From the NCBI GenBank assembly GCA_038496445.1, contig JALMLS010000507.1:682001-746000 (forward strand): DNA of 64,000 nucleotides. The letters run 5' to 3'. Of the stretch, positions 54,201-64,000 are shown in pieces. How positions within the stretch are numbered: the stretch's first letter is position 1; each line of letters opens with the position of its first letter. The notes below the pieces were generated by a model that did not search any database, was not told where the DNA came from, and saw nothing but the letters and a program-made list of their open reading frames with translations. Source of the DNA: Trichosphaerium sp. ATCC 40318 (lineage: Eukaryota; Protista; Tubulinea). The position numbers and the translations under genes are program-made.

Positions 54201-55540
54201 ATATTGTCTGGATAGTAAGAGTCCGGACCGAGAGTGTTAATGCCATCTGAAAAAAGCAGAACAAAGTCGTATTCACTATTTTGTAACACGGGTTCAACAG
54301 AGCTAATATCAGTTGCTCCGTAGCATCTTATATCCCTAACGTGCTAAAACACATTAAGACGGCCGTATATAGTACAAGAATTGTGTACGAAGATTATCTG
54401 ATCAATATCAGCGGAAGAAAAGGTACGTTTGTCCGACAATGTAAGTGAAAACGAAAAAACATCAACTATACAGACTGAGTCCATTATCGTTAGTAGCGAC
54501 CTGAGTGCTATTGTTTCCCTATCACACTATTATTGAGTATTTAAACATACGTTCTTACCGGTGTATAATATCTGAGGAACGAGATTTAGACGCATCCCAG
54601 AGTATTGCAATTTTCTTAAATGAAACATTTTCCTTTTTTTCATGACAATGGTAGTCACACACATAGTCGTACAAGCAAAAATAACTATACCTAGAACCTT
54701 TTTCAACTACAGTTTCATACATGATATCAAATAGATAACTCCCAAGAGTCATATTCACTGCGATGATACCGTCCATGCAAAATGGTAATACCCAATGACC
54801 ATCCAGAACAGCTGTAATACAATCTTTCCTGTCTGACCCTGAAAATGAAAATGCCGGTAGTTTAAGTATGCGCCCTTTATCTGCTCCAATTGTTACTGTT
54901 TGTTTTTTCCCTATTAATACGCGACCAGAAAGCGTAAAACTTTCCAGTTCTTTTTGTGTGTAGATTGGTAATAAGAGGCATAAATCGGAATAATCTAAGA
55001 AAATGTAAATGCGGGTTTAGAATCTTTGTAAGCGCACTTCTTGGCGTAAAGCCTCCTGACACGGTCAATTGGATTTTCTTCCTTGCTCCAGGGAGTATTT
55101 GGTTTATTTTGGCTCTAAACACATTGCCCACTACTACCTCAGCAATGGCAGTGTCACTTTTTTGGAACTGGTCTGTGTTCGCTGAAAAAGTTGAACGAGC
55201 TTTTTTCTTGCTTACAACAGTTCCTTCTACGAGTATCCCATCATACTCCACAGCGTACCCAGATACGTACGAATCTAGTTAACCGTTAAAAAGCGCCATA
55301 ACAAAGATGGTTGTACTTGGAGCAAGGGTGAACTCAAATGAAGCTGTTTGAACGGTTTCAGGTAGTTTGTTGTTAAATTCAAAGGTATAGGTTGTTTCTA
55401 ACGTAGCAGTGAGAAAATGTGGTTATAAAATGCGTTCACACACGTGCTAAAAAGTGGTCTATTTGGAAGTTAATAGCCAACGACACAAGAGGTAATGTCG
55501 CTTTTGTAATGGCATCTACAAGTACTATACGAGCTTCCAT
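51214..55540 (-). CDS. VIT - vWA - histone H3-tail-like/H4 insert - TPR-like - YfaP(DUF2135) fusion protein
   Basis: VIT: QTTYTFEFNN..FEFTLAPNSYVSGYAVEYDG.LVEGTVVSKKKAR..GNVFRAKI. vWA: ILWDASKSR, YGATD, LLFSDGINTLG. Then YGLVTSQTSMIIL..HNIEPP, the H4 domain, LRILSQLLE/VLELLPEEPLS, and DUF2135: RVVLVWNSPTANIELHVIEPSGEDCY..GYGPQEY. Confidence 0.8.
52541..52880 (-). other. Histone H4 domain embedded in the 51214-55540 gene (split by intron 52766-52810)
   Basis: KGLGKGGAKRHRKILRDNLHG|ISKPCIKRLARRAGVKRMHWAICSEARCVLKLFLENVLRNTILYTVHSKRRTVSVQDVVAGLKKLQRPIFLYGF aligns along nearly all of canonical H4 from residue 8 on. Confidence 0.95.
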
Positions 55541-55750
55541 TGCATAACTTGGCTTGAACGTCAATATTGTTGAAACGCAACGACCATTTTGATTGGTAAC
55601 TCCGAGATAATAACCGTTGACGTTTGATCAAAATACAACATATTTTGAAAGACGGCGAAAATTGATTGTTTTCAACATACAGATATAGCTGAAAAGCAGC
55701 TCTTTTAAAAGGCCTAATACTTGCTGTTTCGCGCTAGTGTCCAAACAAGG

Positions 55751-58700
55751 ATGAAGGCAAGGAAGCTCTCAACGAAGAAGAGTAGACGTGATGTCAGCGT
55801 TAAAGGTATTATTACACTTTATGCAAGATTTAGACTAGTTTTTTTGCTGTACTAGCTTGCACAGCTGTTAAATACATATTTAAATTCCTTACATGCGAAT
55901 ACTAATTCTTCTAGCAAACAAAAGTAGTAAAGGTACCCAGTTTGGAGCACACGACGAACGCGAAGCACTGGCTCGCGTGCTGACACATTCTAAACTCGGT
56001 TATGTAAATTCTAATGCTATATAGCGAGTGGTGGTAAAATAAGCGTTTCATCGCAAGCGGTACCATCTGAACATGAGATAAATCAATTGTTCAGCAACTT
56101 GTTGGTACGAAAACAAAACTGCACGTTAAAGCGAAACAATACTAACAACGTTAACTCAAGGACAAACTCAATATTACCAAAGCGTCTCAAAGACAGGACA
56201 TGTTTCGTAATTTCTCTACAGCCAAAAAATGGTGCGAAGAACAACACAGCATTTCAACGAGCATGCATATACGCTGTGAACACATTTTCGTTACATAAAG
56301 TCGCGTTAACGAGTGCCTAATTGTCGTAAAAGGGAATTTATTCAAAATTTCAAAGATAAAGAGGAATCAGGCACTACTATGGTAGCTAACTCTGCTTCAA
56401 GCCAAATAGACGCTCTACAAAGTATGATTATTATAGTTTTACTCCAATTACAGCGACTGACGTGTTTTTGTAGAGAAGGTAACCGTCAAGTTACTTCATA
56501 AGTTAGCTGTTTCGCTCAAAACAGAGCCAGTGTCTTTTGTTGAGGAGTTTATAAGTACGTTAAGTGTCATTGTATCTGTTAACGCGTTTTTTTAAAGAGC
56601 AGGCTGGTATTGAGTTTATAACTAGTCTCTTCGATACACTGTTAGAGCAGTGCAATGCACTAAAAGAGCAAAATGTGTACGCGAATTAGATTATTTAAAT
56701 TTAAACTTAATGGACGCAGTAAGAGGATGACAGTTACCTACGGTGCTGGTGATGATATGCCTGGTAAATTAAATGCTGTGGTTGTTGCTCTAGATGGCTT
56801 AATGAGGTTTAACGTGCGTAACGGTTTTCGTGTTTTTTCCTGTACCTTTGAGCTTATGTTTGAATGTAGTCATCTTTGGAGCGCCTAGTACAGTCAGAAA
56901 ACTTTATTTATCACTTGGCAGAGAGTTTGGACTTTATGGTAGAGCAGAGTAGAGGAATTGTGCTGAAGTTAATGGCAGTTATCGCACTTATCAACAAAGC
57001 TTGCTATAGGTTGGAACGAATATGATCTTATGCTCTTACAAATTTCAATAGGGCTGTTTTAGAGTGCCTCAGTGATCAAACAAGGTTGCTTCTAACACTT
57101 CTCATGCAAGGCAGCATGGAATCTAAAGTACTATTTAGAAATTAATCCGAAAACATTTGCTCAGTATCTAAACAATATTTAGGCACATACCATGAAGTGT
57201 ATTAACGTACTGAGTCTTTCAAAAGCGTATGCTTGTCCAGAGCAGAAATATATGCGCGGTTTGTTGTTACAACAAGGGCTAACAGAAGTTGTCATTGTAA
57301 GCATTTAAAATATCCACGTTATTGCTTTTATTCTAAAGACTGCTTTAGGAAATCAAGAAGGGTACAATGTCTGATGAACTTGAACGTCAAGTGGATATCT
57401 TCGAGCTCCTTATGAGGCGCAGAGGAACTAATATTAAGATACAACAGCCAGATATTACAGGCACGATGTTTCATCATATATTTTCACCTTTCTGACCTTT
57501 CATCAGGAAAACCTTTGCAACTGATCGGTATTCTAAAGCAACTGAAGGGTTCTCCACTAGAAAATATCTTTGGTCGCTTCTTGAGGAGTTTACAGTTTGT
57601 ATGCGAAAATGATAACGTAGATGGTGCGTAATTTATTACCAAGTCGCAAGACTATTACTGACACATGTTGCAGCTATCCGTGCAGTAATAGAAAGTGCTT
57701 TGGAGAAGTTTGAGAAAGATGAAGTCGTACCACCTCTTGCTATTAAAACAGAGCTGTTATCTCCTGAGGAAAGTGAATCAGAGACAGAAATAGAAGGCAA
57801 TATTAATTCATCACGTGATTACTTTGTAGTGAACGAGATTCAACAAGTACGAGAGTAGTTATTTAATCACATGACGCCGTATTGACCTTTTTCAAAGGAC
57901 ACACTTCAAAGTAAGGTTGTTGAAACTAATTCACCTGGGTGCTTTGCAAAAGCAGGTTCAAATGAAATTTGGTGTGGAACACTTAGTGGGTTTATTCAAC
58001 GTTGGGAATACAAGGTACGGGATTTTTTAGCCAACAGTCCTTCAGACTTGAATACTGACTTGTTAAATAGACAAAGCGTTTTATTAAGGCATTTAAAGGC
58101 CATGAATCATCTGTTGTTTGTATCCTAGATAGTGGATCCAATGTATGGTCTGGTGATTTGGATGGGCGTTTGGTATTAGTTCTACTTTTGCGATTTATCT
58201 CTTACCGTTTATTAGGTGTTGTGGAATGCTGAAGTACTTTACACATTTGTAAATAATATTCTTGCTAACACTGTTCAAATAGAAACACAAGCCTGTACAA
58301 AAATTTAAGAATTATCACAGTGCTGCTATTACAAGCATTTTATCTGTTCAAGGTAGTATCTGGACATCAGATGCCAGAGGACAGATTAACATTTGGGAAA
58401 AAGTACACTAGCTTTTTTTGAACCTGTTACCTTTGAGACAAACAAATACTTGCGTTACTCATCTAAGACATTTTTTAGACTGGCCAAGATTATTCAAAAG
58501 CACATACTATAAAATTTAAAGATGATACAGCAAGCTCCCTCTGTACTGTCGCAGAAGGAAAGTTGTGGGTCGGAGGATTTGGTAAAATATATGTTGTTTC
58601 TAGTGAAACACGTGAAACTGTGCATATCATTGAAGATGCTCACCCTGGACGCGTATGTAGTATTTTAATTAAATGACTTATTAATAATATACTTTAGATA

Positions 58701-61700
58701 TCGAGCATGGAGCTCGTGAATAACCAAGTCTGGACAACTGGTCAGGATTGCATTAAAATCTGGGATGCTAAAACAATGTCTATTACATACAGCATACGAG
58801 TTCGTGATCTCCAACCATCCGGTTCGAATACGCCTGGCCGTAGGACAATCATTTCCTCTCAGTTCATACACAGTGAAGGCCACATTTGGTGTGGTACCTC
58901 TGACAATAGAATCTTTGTTTGGGATCCTAAGGTACGAGTGTTTAAGCCTTTTTGTTAGTACTAACCTACCTCAAGAACCGACAAATCTTGCAAGAGCTTG
59001 AAACAAACTCAGAAGTTATTTGCATGCTTGCACTTGCCGACGGAACGTGAGTAACAAATTATACAAATCAGTGCTTCTTGTACTTATTAACAAGCATAGT
59101 GTTGCGGCTGGATGTAAAGATAAGACTGTTTATTGGTACAAATATAATAGAGTACAAGATGACTCAAAGACAAAAGAGAAAATTCAGAACACCAGACGTG
59201 AACTTGCTGGTACATTTTCAAAATATCGTGTTTGCTGTGATGATAACGCTTAGCTTAGATAAAACAACAACTATTGCAAATGTGCTTTCTGTAGCGCCTG
59301 CAAGCCCAGGTGCAGGAGGCTTACCGCCTCCACCACCTCCGCCACCACCTCCACCTGGTAAGGCAAGAGGTCTAGGGCCGCCCCCTCCACCAGGAATGCC
59401 TGGTAAAAAGGCCAAGCCTGTACGTTTGAGTCTGTACTCTGAATGCTGTTATTTACTAAATTGCGAAAGGCTGCGCGTAATTTAATGAATAATTTGGATT
59501 GGGTAAAGTTAAATGATCAAAAACTTGATGGCACTATTTGGTCCAAGTTTAAGGTAAAACCTGAAGAGGATGAGTATGCTGTAAAGGAAGAGGAAGAAGA
59601 AAAATCAGAAAAACCTGAAGATCTCTTCGAAATAGATGAATTGCGGAAACTTTTCACTCGTCAGAAAGTAGTACATGAAGGTGTTAGTAGGTTGAAGAAG
59701 AGACAACGTGCTATAGAAAAGACAAAGAACATCTTGCCAGTGAAAAGAGCTAATGATATTTGTACGTCAAACTGATTGTGGCTTACTTCATTTCAACTAA
59801 ACCACGTGCTCTAGGTATTATTTTCTTGTCGAGGTTTAATCGTAAAGAAATGTCTAATGATGATGTCATCACTGCAATCCGTGAGATGGACGATGACAAG
59901 TTCACTATAGAGGACTTACAATATTTATTGGACTATTGTCCAAGTCAACCAGAACGAGCGCTTCTAAAGCCTTTTATAAAGAATCCAGATCCACAACTAG
60001 GAAAAGCAGAGCAGTACTTTTTAAAGGTAATCAGCTTAATGCACTTTGTATTTATTTCTATTTAGCTCATGGATGTGGACCATCTAGAAGATCGTTTAGC
60101 CAGTTGGCATGTCCGTAGGACATTCTACACTGTTATTAATACAACTGGCAAAGTACTCATTACTACTATTTTACTTTGTCTAATGTATAAAACCTAGCGT
60201 GTCAAGGTTCTTTCAAAAGCTTGTGATCAAGTTAAGGAGTCTGCCTCATTGAAAAAGATGCTAGAAATTATTTTGGCATTGGGTAATGTTCTTAATGAGA
60301 ACACGACAAAGGGAAAAGCCCAAGGTTTCAAACTGGGATCTATTATGAAGGTTAGTCTGGTTTTTTTTTAATACCATATTTAACTCACCTCTACTAGCTG
60401 CTAGATTGTCGTATGGCTGGATCTAGACAAAAGACTTTAATGAACTTTCTCGCAGAGACAGTTTACAATAAACATAAATCTCTTCTTGACGTAGCCAAGG
60501 AGTTAAACACAATCCCTGATGCTTCTCACAGTAAGAACAAGTTACTCGTTTTCATCAAACTCATTTTAACCTAGAAAACTTAACTCTCATTTCTGGAGAG
60601 CTTGGAAAACTCAGAGTTGGCCTGCAAAAGGTTAAATCATTCATTGCTGTAGACAATGATATTCCAGCGGAAGATGTTTTCAAGACAGTTCTTACTGTAT
60701 CCCTTTTGTCATTCTTTTTTCTCATTTTGTTTGCAATATTTTTATCCTTAACTTTCAGGACTTTCACCAAGAAGCTACTCAGCTTCTAGAGTCATCAATG
60801 AGGGACTTGAAACTCCTTCAAGAATCGTACGTTACACAAATTAAAAAGAGTTTTAGGTTAAACTAACCGCCACATTTAAAGGTATTCGCGAGTCCTAAAC
60901 TATTTTGGAGAAGCACCATCAACGCAATCTGATGACTTCTTCGGAATTGTATCTACCTTCTTGCAGCAGTTCAAAGTACGTTTGTTTTTGTAGTACTGAT
61001 TGCCATCAAACTAACATTTGATCTTCAAGAAAGCTGTAATTATCATCCCTAAACCAGTTGTAAAGAAAGCGCCAGCCCAACGCGCAACATCAGTACGCTC
61101 GTGTATTCTTTACTATTCTCTTATAATCGTTTAGAACACAGGCAAGGTGACCAGGGTTAATACAAGCAAGAATGCAACGTTAAAGGCCAAAAAGTTAAAA
61201 ACAGAGAATCTCAACGATGAAGATACCGCAGCTTTACTTTTGGACTTGGCACTTTGTAAAGACGAAGAATTCCAAATTGAAGAAGAAGGTACGCCAAAAA
61301 ACAAGTTTTGTAAAAACCCAATCAATCTTGTTAATTCCTTGTAGCAACACCACGTACCAAAAAGAAACGAAAAAAGAAGTCTGGTAGAACTCCTACATCA
61401 CCAAAAAGTCCTGAAACTCCGGAAGAAGAAGCAGCACCTGCTCCTGCTCCTGCGCCGGTAGTGAGCGCATCTACTGCAGGTGAGCACCTTTTATAACTTT
61501 ACGAAGTTTTACTCACTTGTTTTTCGCAGGTGGTATTGATTTAGCACTTCTGGAAGCTTTTGAAGCTGGTGACTTGGATCACTACCTCTTTGAGGAAGGC
61601 GATGAAACCGCAGATGATCCAGAGGCGGTTGAAGAACGTCAAGAACTCAAAAAAATCATATCTAAAAGAGGTGGTTTAACTGCTTCTCCAAAGAAATCTA

Positions 61701-62447
61701 CTAAGGTATGTACACTCCTTAGTTTACACTATAGATTAACGGCAATAGGGTGGATTGGATGATTCGGATATGGATGAAGAAGAAAAAGCAGCGCTTGCAA
61801 TGCTTGGCTCTACACTACAAACCAGTAGCTCAATCGCTGATTTGAAACCTGGAACGAACTACAAAACGCTAAGAAAACGAGTCGGTACCAAGTTGAATAT
61901 AATGAAGGAAGTTTGGGAAGAAGATAAGTTTTGGGAGCAACGTGAAAGAAGTTCAACTGTTTCACGTGCGTTTTCTTACACCTATATGATTACTAGTCGT
62001 TTACCCAGTGTAACTCTCTTAACAGGGTTCAAGAAGAAGTCTCCAAAGGCAGAGCCTGTTTCTCCTCCAAAAAGCGCTAGGAAGCCTCCTACGGCTTCGG
62101 AAGTGCATAAAAAACAAGCCAAGAAGAAAGCACAAAACAAACAACGACGTAGGACAGTTGCTATAGGCGTACGCTTTTAAGGTTTTTTACTACTTAGTGG
62201 TCACTAAATCTCTGTTGTAAAGACATTCAAAGATGGAGTTCCAGGTATACCGAAGGCACAATCATCGTTCAAGCCAAAAAGCAAGTCAAGACGAAGGTCA
62301 GGTAGAGGATCAACACGCTCGTCTAAACGATCGTCTGCAAGAGCCAAAAAGAAAGACAAGGAAGGTGGAACACTGAGGACAAAGAAGAGTAAACGTTCAA
62401 AGCGTGACTCTGAAGAAGAAAGAGCTATGCAAACTACGAAGTTGTAA
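55751..62447 (+). CDS. Formin with N-terminal GBD/FH3-like region, internal WD40 repeats, FH1, FH2 and a long charged C-terminal tail
   Basis: WD40-like exons (IWCGTLSGFIQRW, VWSGDLDG, VWTTGQDCIKIWD); poly-Pro FH1 at 59320-59400; FH2 LDWVKL..GTIW, LGKAEQYF, LEIILALGNVLN..GKAQGFKLGSIMKL, TLMNFL, YFGE..FFGIVSTF. Confidence 0.88.
60697..60758 (+). other. U12-type (minor) GT-AG intron in the formin FH2 region
   Basis: Donor GTATCCCTTTT, branch TCCTTAAC just before the CAG acceptor; removal gives in-frame DVFKTVLT|DFHQEA. Confidence 0.8.
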
Positions 62448-62658
62448 AACAGCTCTTTTTTAGTTCCTTGCCGCCTTATGAAATGTTTTACTTTGGTTGT
62501 TGTTCTTAAATAAACCTTGTACAGAAAATACTGCTCACATTACATCATTTAAATATATAGCTATTGAGCGCGTCGTGCACAAAGGAGACAAAGGTGTGAG
62601 TGTGAGTCAAAGAAATTTGATTTGATTTCGCCTAAATTTAACAACAACCCGTTTGGCG

Positions 62659-63838
62659 ATGAGTCTGATCCAGCTAAAAATATCAATTATTGGCGGTACT
62701 TACTCTATATTACGTCTACTTCTTACGTTTCCTTTGTAGATGGCGCAGTTGGGAAAGCACGTGTCCACTTTTTTTTTATTATTTATTTAATCACGTGTTT
62801 TAACGAAGAATTAGACGTGCTTGGCTACTGTACTAAGCGGAATGGATTTTAGCGGTAAATAATAAAAAGAAAAACCTTTAAAATAACTAAACTCTTGCTG
62901 ATATACTAGGATTTAGGTGACTACATGTGCGTAGTTTTGTTGGGCGTTTATTATCTTACTTTTTGAATAAAAGACCTACGGAATTTGATCACTACTCAGT
63001 GTTAGAGTGTATTGATGGCTACTATGTACAAGTAACGCTAACAGACACAGTACGCAAAGTGTTCATGCTTTATTTGTTGAACCTGGGATTAATTTTAGCC
63101 TGGACAATCAGAAGTATTGGCTAACTACAGACCAAAAGCATACGAAGACACAAACGTTTTCTTGATTTGGTACGAACATCAAAAATCCATAAACAAAAAT
63201 TGGCTTCTTAATCTATGACCCTTAGTTTCTCTCTGCTTAATAATGTATCATTGGAAAATGCTGCTGATATGTACGTTATAATTCACGTGTCTCCGAGTTT
63301 GATTAGTGCTAATGGAAACAAATAAAAGATGGTACAAAGGAGTGAAAAAAAAGATGGCTGATGTACCTATTCTTCTTGTTGGTACACAAAAAGACCTTTA
63401 TGATAAGAAAGAGTTCAAGGATACTGCAAGTTTTAGACCAGTATCAAGAGAACAGATAGTAAACATGAAAGCAAAAATAAATGCGAGGGAATTCAGTACG
63501 CAAAAAAGATCTGATCACGTGAAAGACAAAGTTGTATTTTTTTTTCTCACTTTTAAATTTAGTTGAAGTGAGCTCTCTTACTGGCACTGGCATGAAAGAG
63601 TTGTTAGAGAAAGCGTGTAAGCTTGGACTAGAATCACATTTCGAAAGTTTGAGAATTCTGCGTAGTGGGTATGAACAAGCAATTTTTTTTTGTTGAAGTC
63701 TCATCTACTTATACACTTAGGCAAAAAAATCGTCGTCTTGAGTTTATAAGGTCCAACAGCAAAAAGAAAGGGGCTAAACCAAAAACAAGGAGGAGTAAAT
63801 CATCCAGGCCAAGGGCTTCCACATCGAGCAAAACTTAA
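62659..63838 (+). CDS. Atypical Rho/Rac-family small GTPase
   Basis: Spliced LKISIIGDGAVGKTCL, PTEFDHY, TDTPGQ, YRPKAYEDTNVFLI, VPILLVGTQKDL, VEVSSLTGTGMKELLE; many micro-exons; basic C-terminal tail. Confidence 0.85.
62757..62814 (+). other. GC-AG intron in the Rho GTPase P-loop
   Basis: AAA|gcacgt...ttag|ACG restores GAVGK|TC. Confidence 0.8.
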
Positions 63839-64000
63839 GATTCCGTAGTTTGTTCATGGTAATGTACCTCTACATACACAATTGGTAGTAAAAAACAAGG
63901 TTGGTTTTACAAAGGTATTTCACGTTGTCGTTTACACTCATGCCTGACGCGTGATATTAAAATTAATGTACACGTGCTTGAATACATAAAAAAGTTCTAC

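Noticed and set aside
1-64000. Alternative genetic code as an explanation for the short ORFs
   Set aside because: Conserved proteins rebuild cleanly by removing short introns under the standard code, and TAA, TAG and TGA all occur as terminal stops.

Overview
AT-rich (roughly 35% GC by eye), gene-dense eukaryotic nuclear DNA with many tiny (mostly 40-70 nt) spliceosomal introns, so the ORF track shows only exon fragments. Gene content (Clu-domain multidomain protein, Zn2Cys6 factor, WD40-formin, coactosin-type domain, a U12-type intron) suggests an amoebozoan-like protist (inference). Manual splicing gives about 21 genes: a Ser/Thr kinase, NUS1, a GT31 glycosyltransferase, SUV3, DUF4504, NADAR, a cytochrome-b5 front-end desaturase, WDR4/TRM82, two paralogous secreted metalloprotease-like mucin proteins, a trifunctional purine enzyme in GARS-GART-AIRS order, an F-box/LRR protein, an Rnl2-family RNA ligase, a TMEM8/CREST protein, a Clu-TPR-LRR-ADF-H protein, a PQQ-like propeller membrane protein, a Zn2Cys6 factor, a formin and an atypical Rho GTPase. 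The most striking gene (51214-55540, minus strand) is a bacterial-type VIT-vWA-TPR-YfaP(DUF2135) protein carrying two histone H3-tail-like motifs and a nearly complete histone H4 spliced in frame into its middle. Other signals are a strong excess of the palindrome CACGTG, several GC-AG introns, frequent AAG acceptors and a minor-class intron. I recognised no tRNA, rRNA, CRISPR array or transposon. All gene models and family calls were made by eye, without database searches.
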